From IMG/VR virus record IMGVR_UViG_3300028840_000761, positions 772-64,771 of that record: a DNA stretch of 64,000 bases. The stretch is one strand, 5' to 3'. The stretch comes from a virus. Its lineage: Duplodnaviria; Caudoviricetes. Shown in pieces: positions 63,756-64,000 of the stretch (position 1 is the stretch's first letter; the number at the start of each line of letters is the position of its first letter). The translations under genes and the position numbers were made by a program. The notes under the pieces were generated by a model, which made no database searches, had not been told where the DNA came from, and saw only the letters and a list, made by a program, of their open reading frames with translations.

Positions 63756-64000
63756 ATGCCGTACGTTGAAGAACTCGTTAGCGTTGGCCGCGCAGCCAAC
63801 GGCTACATCATGACTCTCCGCGTGCCTTACGAGGACGAGGGGGAGACTGCCCCAGTTATCCGTGAGGACACCCAGAAGGTCATCGTCTGCAAAGACCTTG
63901 AAGAACTGAAGGAGAAACTCACGGCCATCCTTCCCGCGCTGACCGACAAGCGATCAGCAGAGGAGCAATTCAACGCCGCTTTCAAGGAGATTGAATCATG
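63756..64000 (+). CDS. Hypothetical protein (81 aa; the stop is cut by the window edge)
   Basis: SD TAAGGAGG; MPYVEELVSVGRAANGYI...FKEIES, ending in TG(A) that overlaps a new ATG. Confidence 0.7.
   Translation, partial: MPYVEELVSVGRAANGYIMTLRVPYEDEGETAPVIREDTQKVIVCKDLEELKEKLTAILPALTDKRSAEEQFNAAFKEIES

Noticed and set aside
1-64000. tRNA/rRNA genes, IS elements, introns and inteins
   Set aside because: I saw no cloverleaf, transposase or splicing motifs. PolA, helicase and TerL are uninterrupted and of normal size.

Overview
This window is almost the whole genome of a tailed dsDNA phage, probably a podovirus of a Gram-negative host, opened inside the head-gene region. The ORF cut at position 1 probably starts at the SD+ATG at 63998-64000. 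The + strand arm (43088-64000, continuing 1-16907) encodes a putative TerS, many tail fibre/receptor-binding proteins, a three-gene insert (membrane protein, beta-barrel-like protein, QueC-like enzyme), M15 endolysin and holin, TerL, portal, scaffold, an N4-gp56-type major capsid protein (MCP), adaptor/tail proteins and a 3012-aa polyvalent internal virion protein. The - strand arm (42726-16993) holds small early genes, an M28-like peptidase, family A DNA polymerase, PD-(D/E)xK nuclease, VRR-NUC, SNF2 helicase and a primase-helicase. I recognised no integrase, RNA polymerase, tRNA, CRISPR array or reverse transcriptase. Main unexplained signals: (1) 11 or more copies of a 19-bp palindrome, CTAGGCTG-NNN-CAGCCTAG, confined to the early arm and mostly at gene junctions; (2) an early gene whose N-terminus is a cut-down paralogue of the phage's own MCP, in frame with a 14-CxxC protein; (3) a perfect 18-bp inverted repeat enclosing the first early gene; (4) a ~65-nt promoter-to-terminator candidate sRNA with an anti-SD seed matching that gene's RBS; (5) an in-frame, RBS-less extension behind the MCP stop codon; (6) a mirror-symmetric iteron array centred at ~41570; (7) an orphan QueC-like cassette among the tail fibre genes. 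Family names come from recognising motifs by eye; no database search was run.
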